DNA of 64,000 nt from Macrotis lagotis. Its lineage: Eukaryota. The notes under the pieces were generated by a model that was given only the letters and a program-made list of their open reading frames with translations, made no database searches and was not told where the DNA came from. A program made the position numbers and the translations under genes. Position 1 is the first letter of the stretch; the number at the start of each line of letters is the position of its first letter. Positions 12,480 to 25,129 of this stretch are shown piece by piece. The stretch covers positions 742,210,877-742,274,876 of the forward strand of contig NC_133658.1 of assembly GCF_037893015.1 (NCBI RefSeq), written 5' to 3'.

Positions 12480-13440
12480 TAATTATAGAGCATTTCCTTC
12501 CCCTGCCCCCAAACCTGTTTTGTTATTCAGTGTGTCCAACTCTTTGAGAGTCTATTTGGGTGGTTTTTTTTTTTGTGTTTTTTTTTTGCAGAGGGGGTTG
12601 GTTTTCCATTTTCTTCTACAATTCAATTTGGAGATGAGGAAACTCGAGGCAGAGTTAAATGATTGGTCCAGGGTCACAAAACCAGTAAGTGTCTGAGCTT
12701 GGCCAATCAGGAGCTTGAGTCTTCCTGACTCCAGACCCAGCCCTCTAACTACTGAGTCACTTAGCACCCCAACTTGAAGCATCCTTGCCCATAGAGTGCA
12801 GGTGGAGAGAGTGGACCCAGAAGACACATGTGACCAAACCAGAACTCAGCAAGTGCAGGGTTTGATGCTCCTATTCTCTCTAGGCTTCATGAAGGTCCCT
12901 GAAGGTTCCCCATGGGTTGGGGGGAGGGAAGGAGGCTGGGCAGGCTCCATGCAGGGTCTAGAATTTCAACATGACAGTGATCTCAGTGGGGTTTGCTTCT
13001 CTAGGATACTGTGTTTGGAGCTAAAGCCTCAGCTCATTTTTGATAGGCAGTTCTCATTTCTACCACCCCAGCCTCAGGTTGAGCTTGGGGCTACTGTGCT
13101 TCCTAGCTCGAACACTGCTGCTGTTGTCAGAGATCCTTGGTGGAGGGTCGGATGAAATCTTTTTGGGGTCTCATCTTTGGGGTCTCAGTTCTTCACTTTG
13201 CTTTCATCTCCCACCAGGGAGGAGGGACAGGACACCTTCTCCTATTTGGCAAATCTTCCTATTGCAGAGATCAGGTACTTTGGTGAAGGACTTTGACCCA
13301 CCTAAAGATAATCTGCATCTATGTTTCCCAAATTCCTGGATCTATGCAAATGAATGGTGGGGAACAGTTACCCAGGCTTTTTTGATTTTGGCTTCAAGAT
13401 TAAATCCAGGTTTTTCACTGACAATTGAGTACCTCTGATC
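12480..13440. other. GC-richer unclassified repeat-like block (contains ORFs 12552..12827, 12796..13155, 13040..13438 on both strands); possibly L1 5'UTR-type or other TE remnant
   Basis: local GC jump, overlapping ORFs on both strands with no recognisable domains, lies in the last PARP4 intron, contains MIR-like core 12585..12775. Confidence 0.3.
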
Positions 13441-13540
13441 CCCCAAAAAGTATAAAATGTTTTGTTTGCCACTGAAAGGGTCTCTGTCATCCATTTCACC
13501 ATCTCTAAATCTAAATGAGTATCAGAGATAGATGGGGGGG

Positions 13541-13665
13541 GGAGTTTTTTAAGGCAATGGAGTTAATTGACTTGCCCAAGGTCACACAGCTAAGTAATTA
13601 TTAAGTGTCTGAGGCTGAATTTGAACACAGATCCTCTTTCCACTGTGCCATTTAGCGGCTCCTTC
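13541..13665 (-). mobile_element. marsupial tRNA-derived SINE, partial
   Basis: aaggcaatggagttaattgacttgcccaaggtcacacagctaagtaattattaagtgtctgaggctgaatttgaac... Confidence 0.75.
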
Positions 13666-14819
13666 AGAGATAGATTTTAACAAAGGTCCCTGCTTATCTC
13701 AAGTCCAGAACTCTTTAAAGTACCCCATGCAGCTTACAAAGTCATTTAGTAACACAGGAGTATAAGAAAAATGTTTCAGTAAAAAAAACAGAAAAATATT
13801 TCACTAAAAAAGAAAAATCAATTTCAAAGACTGTAAAAGTACTCATTTACATAGTACGTGAAATGGGGCAATAGAATGTACCAATTCCCCAAAATTTATT
13901 GAAACACATTTCCAAAAACCTTGCCAATATTTACTGTCCCAGTCATTCTTATTACATCTGCAGCATGTCCTTGAAAGCTATATACCTGATTATTTTTAAA
14001 TATTACATAATTCAGATAGACTTTTACTGAATTAATTTTTTTGAGCACCTACTATTCATTCAGAGGTCAAAAAGGATGTGAACTAAAAAAAAAGGTTACT
14101 GGATTTGGCAATTTAGGACGTCAATGGTACTGTTTGACAAAGCAATTTCTGTAGAGAAGCCAGATTAGAATGGGGTTGAGAAATGACCAGGAAGTAATGG
14201 AAGCAACTCAAGAAGCTTTACGAGTAAGAGCAGAAGGAGGATGCTATTTAAAGTGAAAGAGTTGTTGTTTTTTAAGATTGTGATTAGCATTTATTAAATT
14301 CTATGAGCTAGACAATGCAAGTTGTTAGTCTTATTTTAATACTATCTTATGATTAGAGGTTGGGAAAGTAGTAAGGATAGAGGGGCTGGAAGTTTTCAAC
14401 TATTCATTGTAAAGCCTCTCTAGTGGAAGAACTACATGAGTATCAGATTTACATCTGGAAAGTCATTTAGAAGTCAACTAGTCCAGAAGTGTCAGGAAAA
14501 GAAAAGGATGAGGACAAATGAAACTTGACCAGCAGTGTATTGTTTCTTCTAACCATCTATTTGATGACCAACATTCAGTCACAGTACATATTTTCCAGAA
14601 GCAAGATGAGAAATCCCTCTCTATCAAAGACTTTTAAATGCTTGGGATTATAGTAAAGTTTCTGAAAGCTTCATTTAGTCAATGTTTAAATATAAAATTG
14701 AGTTACTTCTTGAGAGCAGGGATTGTCTCATCTTCATATTTGTATTTCTTAGAGCTCTTAGCAGGCCCTTAGTCAATGGTTTATTGGTAGACTACTTGAT
14801 ACTGTCTAATAAACCATAC

Positions 14820-14952
14820 CTGTAAGCAGCTGAATCATCTAATTTCATCAGTGATATGACTGCTACCCCTTCTGACTCCAGCTTAGTTCGAATGAGCTGT
14901 AGTATCAGAAATGTGGCTACCAGCTGTAATACATCTTCTTTTCCCTTGGAAC
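14820..14952 (-). CDS. PARP4: PARP4 exon, C-terminal domain
   Basis: acceptor cttttcttttag|GT, donor ACAG|gtatgg; (G)SKGKEDVLQLVATFLILQLIRTKLESEGVAVISLMKLDDSAAY(R) vs human LGVKGRECLLDLIATMLVLQFIRTRLEKEGIVFKSLMKMDDPSISR; phases join exons at 20271 and 8129. Confidence 0.85.
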
Positions 14953-17439
14953 CTAAAAGAAAAGTCCCTACAGTCATTTCCAATTCAGAATATTAATACC
15001 ACTAATAATATGAAGCCATAATAGTAGGCCATGAGACAATATACAGAACAGTGAAGAAATACTATTTTTGTCAAACACATTTAATGTCCTTAATATTAAA
15101 TAAAAGTAACATACAAAAGTAACACTCACTATGCTGCAGCACCACAAAGGCAGCTAAAGTTTAGGTTGATTTTGCCAAATTTGAAAGACTTTGATTATAG
15201 AACTGGTGATGGGTTTTAGTTGGTTGTGTTCAACTCATCTAGTTAAGTTCAGAAATTCCCATCACCCAAAAGGAGGCCACTAGGTGATGGTACTTTCCCC
15301 CCAGAAACTGAATATTAAGGAGGAATGGTTGTATACAAGCAGTACCCATACTGATTAAATCTCAGAACATTTGGAGAAAATTGTAGAAAAACCTGAGATC
15401 ATGAATGTATGATGAAGGGGCAGAACACTGAGTAATCATTCTGTTTGTTAATAAAGAAAGTCTTTTAAAAATGCCTAGGTTCCTACTGAAAGAGGGGGTT
15501 TCTTAAGCTTTTTGTAATCTAAAGAAGTTTTCACTTTAAATCAAAACAAAACTTTGTAGTAAAATCTCAAAAAATTATTTTTGAAAATGCCTACGTAGCA
15601 GTTTTTTCAATGTATTTTTCCTTGCTTTTTGCAACACATTTAATATAGAAATGTTAGGCATAATTTTACATATGTAATTCATATATTGCTTACCATCTCA
15701 ATGAATGGAGGAGAGATTGGAAGGGAGAGAATTCAGAGCTCAAAATTTAAAAAAATAATAAAAATTTTAAATAGCCATAATGACAATAATTAAAAAATAA
15801 AATTAGAAACCTGCTTCTCCAATATGTTACCCAAAAGCATGATTGGTGTATTTAAAAAAAAACCAAACTATTGAATATTTGAGCTGCTTTGATCTAATTA
15901 TGAAAAAAATCTTAAAAATATAAAGAATTTTTCCTTTCTTCCAATCGCAATCTTACTATATGGAAGTAAGAAGGGCTATTCTAATGATTATAGTTTTTTT
16001 CTTTCCTAATCAGACTTTTCCATAGGTCCAGTGAGCAGGAAGGATGAGGGTTCATACTTAAATGAGGCACTCAGTGTAGAAATGAAGGAGAGAGCTATTA
16101 ATTCTTTTTTCCTCTGTTGCCCACTTCGAGAGAGAGAGACTATTAAAGCCTAAAATCTGTTCCTTTTATGGTATGGTCAAATGTCCTCCAACAACACAAT
16201 ATTGTAGTCTCTCCTCATTGCCACAGTATAATTTCTAGTTTTCTTCAAAATTTAACCTCTCCTAGGGGTATTGTTCTCTATTCCAAATCACCTCATATTT
16301 CATATACTAATACATGTACATATTGTGATCTCCATAAAGATCATTTACTGTTTGGATCTCCAGTGCAGGTCAATTAGTACTTCCTACAAGAATGCTCCTG
16401 AGGGCTGGAGCACAGTCCCTCCCAAGTCACTTTATACTGGATTTACATATACTGGATCTGCATAAGCTTGTTCTCTATCCCATTAGAGTATATACTTAGG
16501 GAATAGGGGTTCTTTATGGCCTTGTAGCCTCAGTGGCCAGGACAGAGTCTGTCACACAGTAATTAATACATGGACATTATTTATTTCTTTCCCAAACCAG
16601 ATAAGGAGGACCAAAAACACAAGAACTATATTTTCTAAAACTCATATTGGTCCAACTATTCTGACAAAGGGCCTTTTTTTCTCATTTGTAAATGGGATAG
16701 AATATTTGAAACTGGGATAGGTCCAGAAAACCCAGGAGATTCAGTCACCGAAGCCATTAGATACTTAAAAGAGAGAAGCTGATAGGCAGCAGAAAATACG
16801 GAATTATTAAAGAGAGAAAATTGGAGGATGGAGGAAAAAGGCAAAAAAATGGACCTTGTGGAAGGGGGATGAAGCTAAGGGAATACTTAATAAAAGGACC
16901 AGCAGGGACAACAGAGGAAAAGTAGGAGTTTGTCCTGATTGTGCCTGAATTTTCATAATATCTGACAATTTTTGACTATAATAATATAAACAAAAAGAAC
17001 ACTAAATCAAAATGGACACAGGCATTATGCTGATCAGTCTTGCAAGAGTGGTTTCAAAGTGTCTCCATATCAATAGAAAAGATAGAAAAAACCAGGATGG
17101 AATGATTCATCTCACGTTATATTCTGGGCTGAGTTTTGTTTGACTTTTTTTGTGGGGACAAGTTGGGGTAAAGCAGTATATAATGCCTCATATTTAAAAA
17201 AAAATCAGGCTTCAACTAGCTAAGGGTCAAATGAGATGGCCTCCCCCACCCCCAGCTTCAAATCAGATGATTAGTTCTGGGTTATATCAGCAAAAGTTTG
17301 GAGAAAAATAGAGTCCAGGGCAAGACACACTGGTCTAACGTTGATAGCATGGTTTAGGAAGCATGGATATAATCACTAATAATAATATATAATTTTAGGG
17401 TTAGCAAAACACTTTTTATATAGGAATTCACTTGCTTCT

Positions 17440-17600
17440 TCACAACACTCTTATGATATAGGTGTTATTATTATCTCTATTTTACAGAGGAGGAAACTGA
17501 AATTGAAATGGTTAATTTGCCCACGGTCAGCACAGCTGATTGTCTGAGGAAAGACTTGAATTCTGGTCTTCCTGATTCCATGTCAGCCTTCTATCCCCCA
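17440..17600 (-). mobile_element. MIR-like SINE relic
   Basis: ...ttacagaggaggaaactgaa...ttgaattctggtcttcctgattcc... Confidence 0.5.
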
Positions 17601-18154
17601 TGGGAAAGAAATATGTAGGTGGGTCAAGATTCCTTGATGAACATGAGGGTGGTAGCAACATATAAAGGGTTGGGTTGAATTCAAGAATGTTTACTGGAGA
17701 GATCCTCAGGGATACAAGAGATGTTAAGTGATAAGGCTCTTGGTTAGGGTGGTCTAACTATAGTAATTTTCAGTATAGAATAATAAGGAATGGAAAAGAT
17801 GACAGCAGATAAAACTCAAAAAGCTTTGGTTGTAAAGTTCTGGAATCATATAGTCCCAGAATCTCAGTGTTGAAAGAACTTTGAGGTTTATCTGGTCTAA
17901 CACATACCTGATCAGGTAAATCTTCTATAACCGCCTAGGGAAGTAGTCCTTAAAAATTCCCTTGAACACCTACAGTGATGGGAAACTCATTTCCCTTCAA
18001 AGGCAATTCATTTCAGTTTTGGAAAACCCTGATTGTTAGATTTTTATCTATATCAAGTCTCAATCTAACTGCCTGCAACTTCCATCCACTGTTTCTTGTC
18101 CTGTCTGCTGACAGCAAGTAGAACGGGCTGAATCCATCTTCAAATTGATAACCT

Positions 18155-18540
18155 TTCTAATCCTTGAAGGGCAACAAGGTGGCATACGGATAGAGCACTG
18201 GTCCTTAAGTCAAGGTCTCTCATTGAATCCAGGAGTCTCCATTCATCCTGATTCTTATCTGGCCACTGGACTCATACTCCCCATACTCAAATTCAATTCA
18301 TATGCTTGTTATGGCATAACATCTCTGATGTCATGATCTTTGAGAATGTCGGATAAATGACAACAACAAATTAAGAAGTCATTGTCTCCAGTTTCAACCT
18401 GGTCTCAGACACTTACAAGTCATGTGATCCTTGGTAAATCACTTTGTCTCAGTTTTTTCATTGGTGAAATGAGCTGAAGACCCCAAATGAGGCCACAATG
18501 AGTAGAACATGACTGAAAATGACTCAACAACAACTAATGC
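18155..18540 (+). mobile_element. second marsupial SINE family (copy with ...ccactggactc...aattcatatgcttgttatggcataacatctctgatgtcatgatctttgagaatg tail) plus Mar1-like fragment
   Basis: same 3' module recurs at 42050..42345 and 50321..50620. Confidence 0.65.
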
Positions 18541-19720
18541 ATGAAGACAGTTATCACATTCCTCCTAAATGTTCTCTTGGTCAGGGTAAATATCCTCAGT
18601 TTCATTAGCTGATAACAGTGAAAGGCTTCTAATCACATAATTATTCCAGCTACTCTCTGAAAACCATGCTTGAACTTGTTAATATCTCCACTAAACTGTG
18701 GGAATAAGAACTGAAAATAATACCCCACCTATGGTCTAACTGTCTTAATGTATAATAGGACTACATACCATAAACATATATGATCATGATCACACCCTAC
18801 TTTAGGCCCTAATGAAGCCTAGCATACAGTATTGCAATAGTCTCCTAATTGCTCTTTTGGATCCTACAACTTTCCTTCTCTTAATTCATGCTCAACATGT
18901 CTTCTAAATTAACATTACTGACAACAACAGATTAGATAATATCATTTTCCTGCTCAAAAACTTCAGTGGCTTTCTATTTCTAGGATAAAATACAAGCTCC
19001 TCAGGCTGCCATTTTCTTTCTTTTGTAAATGTTTTATTGATACTTTTTTTTTAAAGATAACTGTCACTTCTCAGTGTCTCTCCATCTGTACCCTCAAAGA
19101 ACCTTCTCTGAATTCTTATTAGAATTTAGAGTCAAGCAAAGCTAACTTGTCCATCTGAAATTTAAAACACTTTCAATCTGGCTCCAGTCTATCTTTACAA
19201 GTTTATTCCCCTTCATTCACTCTACAATTGAACCAAACTGGTCCAATAGCTTTGTTCTCAGGACTTAACATTCTGGCTCTCATCTCTACCAAACACAGGC
19301 TGCCTATCTGCCTTGTCCTAGGCATCCCGAGATGTTATTTTCTTTTCGAGATTCAGTATCATTCCTGCAAATGTTAATACTTTCTTTTCTCAAGTGACCA
19401 TTCATTTACTTCTCTGCCCCAGGTTATAACCCATGCCCAGTAAAGAATTGTTTTATTTCTATATTTCCATCAATTAACTGAGTTTTGCATACAAGAGCTT
19501 AATAGATACTTATTTCCTAATCACAATTAGAGACATCAATTCAGATATCACTTTGGGCTATTATTTCTCAGCATTTCTCCATAAGAAGTGATGGAATTAA
19601 GCCAAAGTCTACATTTAGCTTGGAGACTAGTGGTTTGCCAGTTTAGCTTTATTAGCATTCTTTTGATCACAGGACTATAGATTTGTAGTTAGAAGGAACA
19701 TCAGAGATCATCTAGTTCTT

Positions 19721-19876
19721 TTTTTTTTTTTTTTTAGGTTTTTGCAAGGCAATGGGGTTAAGTGGCTTGCCCAAAGCCACACAGTTAGGTAATTATTAAG
19801 TGTCAGACCGGATTTGAACCCAGGTACCCCTGACTCCAGGGCTGATGCTTTATCCACTGCGCTACCTAGCTGCCCC
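19721..19876 (-). mobile_element. marsupial tRNA-derived SINE with TSD
   Basis: polyT + gcaaggcaatggggttaagtggcttgcccaaagccacacag...; direct repeat GATCATCTAGTTCT on both flanks. Confidence 0.9.
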
Positions 19877-19882
19877 GATCAT

Positions 19883-20015
19883 CTAGTTCTATTGTCTCAT
19901 TTTACAACTGAGAGAATTGAAGCCTAGAGAGATGAAGGAATTACTCAAGATCACCCAGGCAGTAGTTGCAAAGAATTTAAATCTAGATTCTTTTAACTTC
20001 ACTGTGCCATGTCTT
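19883..20015 (-). mobile_element. MIR-like relic
   Basis: ...ttttacaactgagagaattgaagcctagagagatgaagg... Confidence 0.45.
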
Positions 20016-20270
20016 CTCCCCAACTAAGGGCTTCTAGTTCAAGAGACAAAATTTTGAAGCTGTATCAAAATCTCCCACCTATCAATACAATCAGGATATC
20101 AACCATGTTAATCCTTTGATTAATCTCAAAGTATTTAACCATTTAAAGGTTTGAAAGGTAAGCACAAAAATATGTTTATTCTGAATGCAGAACATCAAAA
20201 AAAATTCCTCTATAGTTAACATAAACATAATTATTTCATTTGATGAATAATAGAAAGAAACTGAGTTTAC

Positions 20271-20370
20271 CTAGAGATTGAATGCCTTTTTGCACAAGAA
20301 AGATTTTTAAATTATTCACATTGAGGTTTAAAATGAGCCCAAGTTTAAGGTTAAGATTCCAAAAGCCTTC
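20271..20370 (-). CDS. PARP4: PARP4 exon, C-terminal domain
   Basis: acceptor ttttcccttaattttacag|GAAGGC, donor CTAG|gtaaac; EGFWNLNLKLGLILNLNVNNLKIFLVQKGIQSL(G) vs human EDGFWKLTPELGLILNLNTNGLHSFLKQKGIQSLG. Confidence 0.85.
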
Positions 20371-20717
20371 CTGTAAAATTAAGGGAAAAATAATGACAAT
20401 TAGAATTTCATCTCATAATAAAAAAAGTGTTGAATCGTATATATTTTAATTCATTCATTTCATATTTTAATTCAATCAAGATTTTTTTTAAAAAATTGTA
20501 TTTCTATGGTATTAAAATGCATGAATTCAATAAATTTCACTAATGAAAATATGATACCACACTGTAATTTTTTAATAACATAAAACTTAAAACTCTTTCA
20601 TAACTCATTATTAATAAAAAGGTAGGTCAGCAGTAAAGTTTGCTTAATGAACCTGAATTATAAAGAATTTTAGGTATATCAATATTTATACTGAAAACTA
20701 TATGTCAATTCAAGAAC

Positions 20718-20718
<1 letters not shown>

Positions 20719-20749
<31 letters not shown>

Positions 20750-20750
20750 T
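20719..20750. repeat. (TA)n microsatellite
   Basis: direct read. Confidence 0.9.
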
Positions 20751-20970
20751 TTAGAATTTCTGTCTCTTTCAAAAACTTATTTAGGAACAAAATATCAGCC
20801 TAGAGCTTCAGAAATGATGCCTTATTTCATGGCAGTTGCAATGATCCTAGTTTTTCCTTAAGAGCAACAACAATGTTCACTAGCACAGTATGTTGAGCAG
20901 CTGGGCCAGGCAGTTACTAGCAGAGATGGCACAGAGGAAAGGCAGATACCTCATTCTGAAGACTAAAAAC

Positions 20971-21051
20971 CTGAGCCCAAAACACCAAATTATCTTTAAT
21001 GCTTTTCAACCAACTCTCTCTGTCAGTTCCATCAGTCTGGTGTTTTTGTGT
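20971..21051 (-). CDS. PARP4: PARP4 exon (27 codons) between the proline-rich exon and the GFW exon
   Basis: acceptor ctttatctttgcctttcag|ACACAA, donor CTCAG|gttttt, phase 0-0; TQKHQTDGTDRESWLKSIKDNLVFWAQ vs human ..CTQHWQDAVPWTELLSLQT.. (weaker similarity). Confidence 0.55.
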
Positions 21052-21138
21052 CTGAAAGGCAAAGATAAAGGCAATAAAAGAACTGCATGGTTATACACAT
21101 TTTATTCAAGTCTATGTTTCCAAAACATGTTGCCTTAC

Positions 21139-22635
21139 CTTAGCAATTGATGGAGTCATATCCTGTGCTAAAGAACACTCCTGGGTGAGAATTGAAAAAG
21201 CTTCATTCACTACTTCTGATTGAGTATCTCTAGATGGAGAAAATGGAGGCTGATAGGCCTGTGGCAGTTGTTCATTATTGTTCCTTCCAAACATACGTCT
21301 GTGACTTGATGCAGGCCCTTGCATTTTTTTCTCACATATTGATGGGCGGATTCCACAAGCAACATCAGAAAGGGGGGCAAATTTCCTACCTATCCTAGAT
21401 CTTGGAAATGTAAGTAAGTTTAACTGAGACCTAGAGCCAAACAGGCCAGAATTAGGAAGAGGAGAAGGAGGAGGAAGAGAAGAAGAAGGAGAAAGAGAAA
21501 GAGAAGAGACAGTAATAGGACAAGGGGGAAAAGAAGAGACAGGAAGAGGAGGGGGAGGAAGAAGAGAGCTAGAAATGCCAGAAAAAGGACAAGGAGGAAG
21601 AGAGTCAGGAAGAAGAGATGAGGAATGTTCAGCGAGAGGAGAACAAGGAGGAGAAGGAGGAATAGAGGGAGAAGAGTATGCAAGAGGGGCATGAGAAGGA
21701 GGAGGAAGAGAGAGAGAAGAGCCAGCAGGAGGAGGAGGAGGAAGAGAAGAACCAGCAAGAGGAAAAGGAGGAAGAGAGGGAGGAGAGCCAGCAAGAGGAG
21801 GAGGAGGAGGAGGAAGAAGAGAAGAGCCTGCAAGAGGAGGAGGAGGAGAAGGAAGAGAAGAGCCTGCAAGAGGAAGAGGAGGAGGAGGAGGAGGAAGAGG
21901 AGAGGGAGAAGAGGAGCCAGTACCACAACAAGGAGTTAGGGAAGCTTTATGAAGATGAGAAGAAAGAGAACTTTTACCAAAAAGATAAGAAATTGGAGGT
22001 GGAGGTGGAGGTGGAGGTGGAGGACGAGGACCAGTAGAGCCCAAATCACCTCCAGATAGTTGGCCTAAATGAGGAGGAAAAGAGGAATTTGCAGAAAGAA
22101 AACTAGAAGTAAGTACAGTACCAGGGGATGAGGCAAAGCCTGAACTATAAGGAGAAAAGGAGGATTTGGAAATGAAAGAACTAGCCAGAGGAAGAGGAGG
22201 GGGTGGAGAAGGAACTGGACAGGAAAAAACGAAAGGGGTCATATGGTTTGAAACCTGTTTTTTATGTTTTTTAAATAAAACTGTTGTGTTTGAAACTTCC
22301 TCAGCTACATCTGGTACCATGGCATAGTCACCCAGGGTAGAAGCAAGGGTGAGTCTTTTTGGTAATGCATCAGAGGAAAACTCTAAAAAATCAACTGGTG
22401 GAGTAGAACTGAGTTTCATCATAGGAGAATCTGATGCTGGGAAGTCCTTAACTGTCTGTGAGAGCCTAATTTCTTTTTTTGACCTGCCCTGGAAAGGATG
22501 TTGTGCTGAATGTTTCCCTAAAGTAGCAATATCTGAAAAAGCAGCATTTCCTGATTCTACTGTAATAGCAGCTGTATTTCTAAAAACTTTATAATTCATT
22601 CTTCTGGCAGATTTCTGTAGAACCTGTGGCATTTC
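21139..22635 (-). CDS. PARP4: PARP4 giant exon (1,497 nt, 499 codons, phase 0-0): proline/serine/leucine-rich low-complexity region with tandem PPPPPPLAGSSL-type repeats and runs of up to 10 Pro
   Basis: acceptor ttccttttcttcag|GAAATG, donor GCTAAG|gtaagg, open frame throughout (ORF 21112..22668); N-terminal part (..KSARRMNYKVF..TVLFKKHKKQVS..) and C-terminal part (..SRDTQSEVVNEAFSILTQECS..) resemble human PARP4 region ..LSKRKHRKIPFSKRK..EPLFKKVSPWE.. and ..SSDTESDELSEVLQDSCFLQ..; central part is a ~33-36-nt GGAGGA-rich tandem repeat. Confidence 0.85.
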
Positions 22636-22689
22636 CTGAAGAAAAGGAATAAACAGAACAAAATACAAAATATCAGTCTTTTAAGCAGT

Positions 22690-24930
22690 TGAACAACCAT
22701 GTCCTCTACAAAGAACATCTGAAAGAAGTGACTTTCAAATAACCTAAATTAAGACAACAGGCAGCAAAACCACAAGGTACATAAGATAGAATTCAATCCT
22801 TGTAATAAAACTATATGAATAAGACATTAAGAATTTCCTTATTGTTTACTCCAGTAACTCTTTGGATCTTTTCCCCAGTTTTCCACTTTAACTTTTTATT
22901 TCTCTGCAAACTCTTTAATTTCAAGTAATCAAAATTGTCTATTTTATCTCCTATTATCCTCCTCTTTTTTGACTACTTATCCATAAATCTGACAGATAAT
23001 TTTTCCAAGCTCCTCTAATTTGTTTACATTACTTTTTATGTCTAAATCATGTACTCATTTTGAGCTTATCTTGGTATGTAGTAATATAATGTAATATTTG
23101 TCCTTCATTTTTGAAGACTACCACGACAAGCACATGAATTGGATTTGAGTGAGGGGATGCTGTGCTAAGTCACAAACCTCACTTCCTCCTTCAGAGCCAT
23201 TTGGGTCCAGAGACCAGATATGAATTGAGACAACTGGAAATGGTCCTGGATGTGAGGCAGTGAGGGTTAAATGACTTGTCCAAAGTCACACAGATGGTAA
23301 GTATCCAGTGTCTGAAACTGGATTCGAGCTCATGTCTTCCTGATTCCAAAGTCAGTGCTCCAAATCTGCCCATAACTCTGGTAAGAGATATTAGTCTATG
23401 CTTATGATTGTTTTTCAATTTTTCCAGAAGTTTCTGTTGAATAGTGAGCTATGCCCCAATAGCTTGGATCTTTGGGTTTATTAAACATTGGTTACTGTGG
23501 TCACATTTCTGTCTTTTGTATAACTAATCTGTTCCACTGATCAACACTGATCTCTTAACCAGTACCAGACTGTTTTGATTATTATTTGTAGTACAATTTG
23601 AGATCTGACAGTGCTAGGCATCTTTCTTAGAGTGATATTTTTGACCTTATGTTCCTCCATATGAATTTAACTATTTTTTTTTCTAGCTGTATAAGAAAAT
23701 TTTTTTGGTAGTTTGATATTCTATTAATAAGGCACTGAATAATCAGATTAATTTAGAAACTACTGTCATTTTTATTATATTGGCTAAGTTTGTCCATGAG
23801 CAATTAAGTATATATATATATATATATGTATTTATAAATGCTTATGATTTATATGGGTTTATTTTATATCTTGCAACATTGTCAAAGTTGTTAATTGTTT
23901 CAACTAGTCTTTTAGTTGATTCATTAAGTAGATCATCATAATTTTCCAAGAGAGATAATTTTGCTTCATCATTATCTATTCTTATTTCTTCAATTTTTTT
24001 TTCTGGACTTAACTGGGATAGCTAACATTTCTAATACACTATTGAATGATAATGGCCATCCTAACTTCACCCTGATCTTATTGAAAAGGCTTCTAGTTTA
24101 TCTCTTTAAAGCTGCTAGCTCTTGATTTCGCATAGATTCTAGTAATCATTTTGAGAGAAGTCATTTATTTCTATGCTTTATAGTGTTTTTAATAGGAATG
24201 GTGTTGTTTTTGTCAAAAGGTTTTTCAGCACCTAAGGAAAGAAGCATATAATTTGTTTTGCTTTTTTTAATCCTAGTATTGAATCACCTTGAATTTCTAA
24301 TGTAAAACCAAGCCAGTTATAGTGTATGATCTTTGTGATATATTACTCTAGTTCTCCTTCTAATATATTGTTTAAAATGTTTATATTGATATTCATTAGG
24401 GAAACTGACTTAAAGTCTTTCTTTGATTTTGCTCTCCCTGAGTTATGTTATCAAAACCACATTTGTGTCATAGAAACAATTTGGTAGGATTCCTTTACTC
24501 ATTTTTCCCAAAAGGGTTGTATAGTATTGGAATTAGTCATTCATTAAACATTTGATAAAATTCACTTGTAAATCCTACTGATCCTGGGAACTATTTCTTA
24601 GGAAGCTCATTTATGGCTTGTTCAATTCCTATTCTAAGATGAAATATTTAAGTACTAGATTTCTTCTTCTGTTAATCTGGTTTATATTAATATATTTATC
24701 CATTTCATTTAGATTTTCAGTTTTATTTATTTTTATTATTATTTTAGATTGTATTTCTCCAGTTATTTAGTTCTGTATTTATGTTAAAAGTGTTACATAG
24801 TCCATATAGTTTAATAATTAAGTTATAAAGTTCCTGTGATGACTTAGCAAGTCGACTAAAGTATTTCACATTCTCTTCAAGTATTTTAAGTGTAATTTCC
24901 TTTCTAATGTTTCCTGCTGAGTTTTACAGG
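22690..24930 (-). mobile_element. L1 fragment (ORF2 region), minus orientation, with MIR-like piece at about 23215..23400
   Basis: minus-strand translation ..KIDNFDYLKLKSFCRNKKLKWKTGEKIQR.. resembles L1 ORF2p ..KLDFIKIKNFCSAKDTVKRMKRQATDWEKIF..; plus strand shows the typical L1 antisense T-rich texture. Confidence 0.7.
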
Positions 24931-24934
24931 TCTT

Positions 24935-25030
24935 ACATTCAAATCTGGCCTCAGACACTTAATAATTACCTAGCTGTGTGGCCTTGAGCAAGCCACTTAA
25001 CCCATTGCCTTGCAAAAAAAAACCCCAAAA
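24935..25030 (+). mobile_element. marsupial tRNA-derived SINE, 3' half
   Basis: ..caaatctggcctcagacacttaataattacctagctgtgtggccttgagcaagccacttaaccc.. + A-tail. Confidence 0.75.
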
Positions 25031-25129
25031 ACTTTAAAAAAAAAAGACTGACTTCTGACCACTACTTCCTTTAAAATAAAACTCAAAACAACTCTAAGGT
25101 TTTACCACACATCCTAAAAATTGACAAAG

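Noticed and set aside
18850-19010. Candidate exon encoding ..KWQPEELVFYPRNRKPLKFLSRKMILSNL.. resembling the PARP4 GFW exon
   Set aside because: No usable acceptor (purine-rich) and wrong donor phase. The true GFW exon was found at 20271..20370
20833-20960. Sequence with strong acceptor (gtttttagtcttcag|) and donor-like end
   Set aside because: All three frames hit stop codons within 12 codons
21420-22037. Four long ORFs overlapping the big exon on both strands (21420..21926 -, 21625..21939 +, 21629..21931 -, 21678..22037 +), encoding L-rich, R/K-rich, S-rich and E-rich proteins
   Set aside because: Low-complexity GGAGGA repeat is open in every frame. Only the Pro-rich minus-strand frame is flanked by splice sites and is collinear with PARP4
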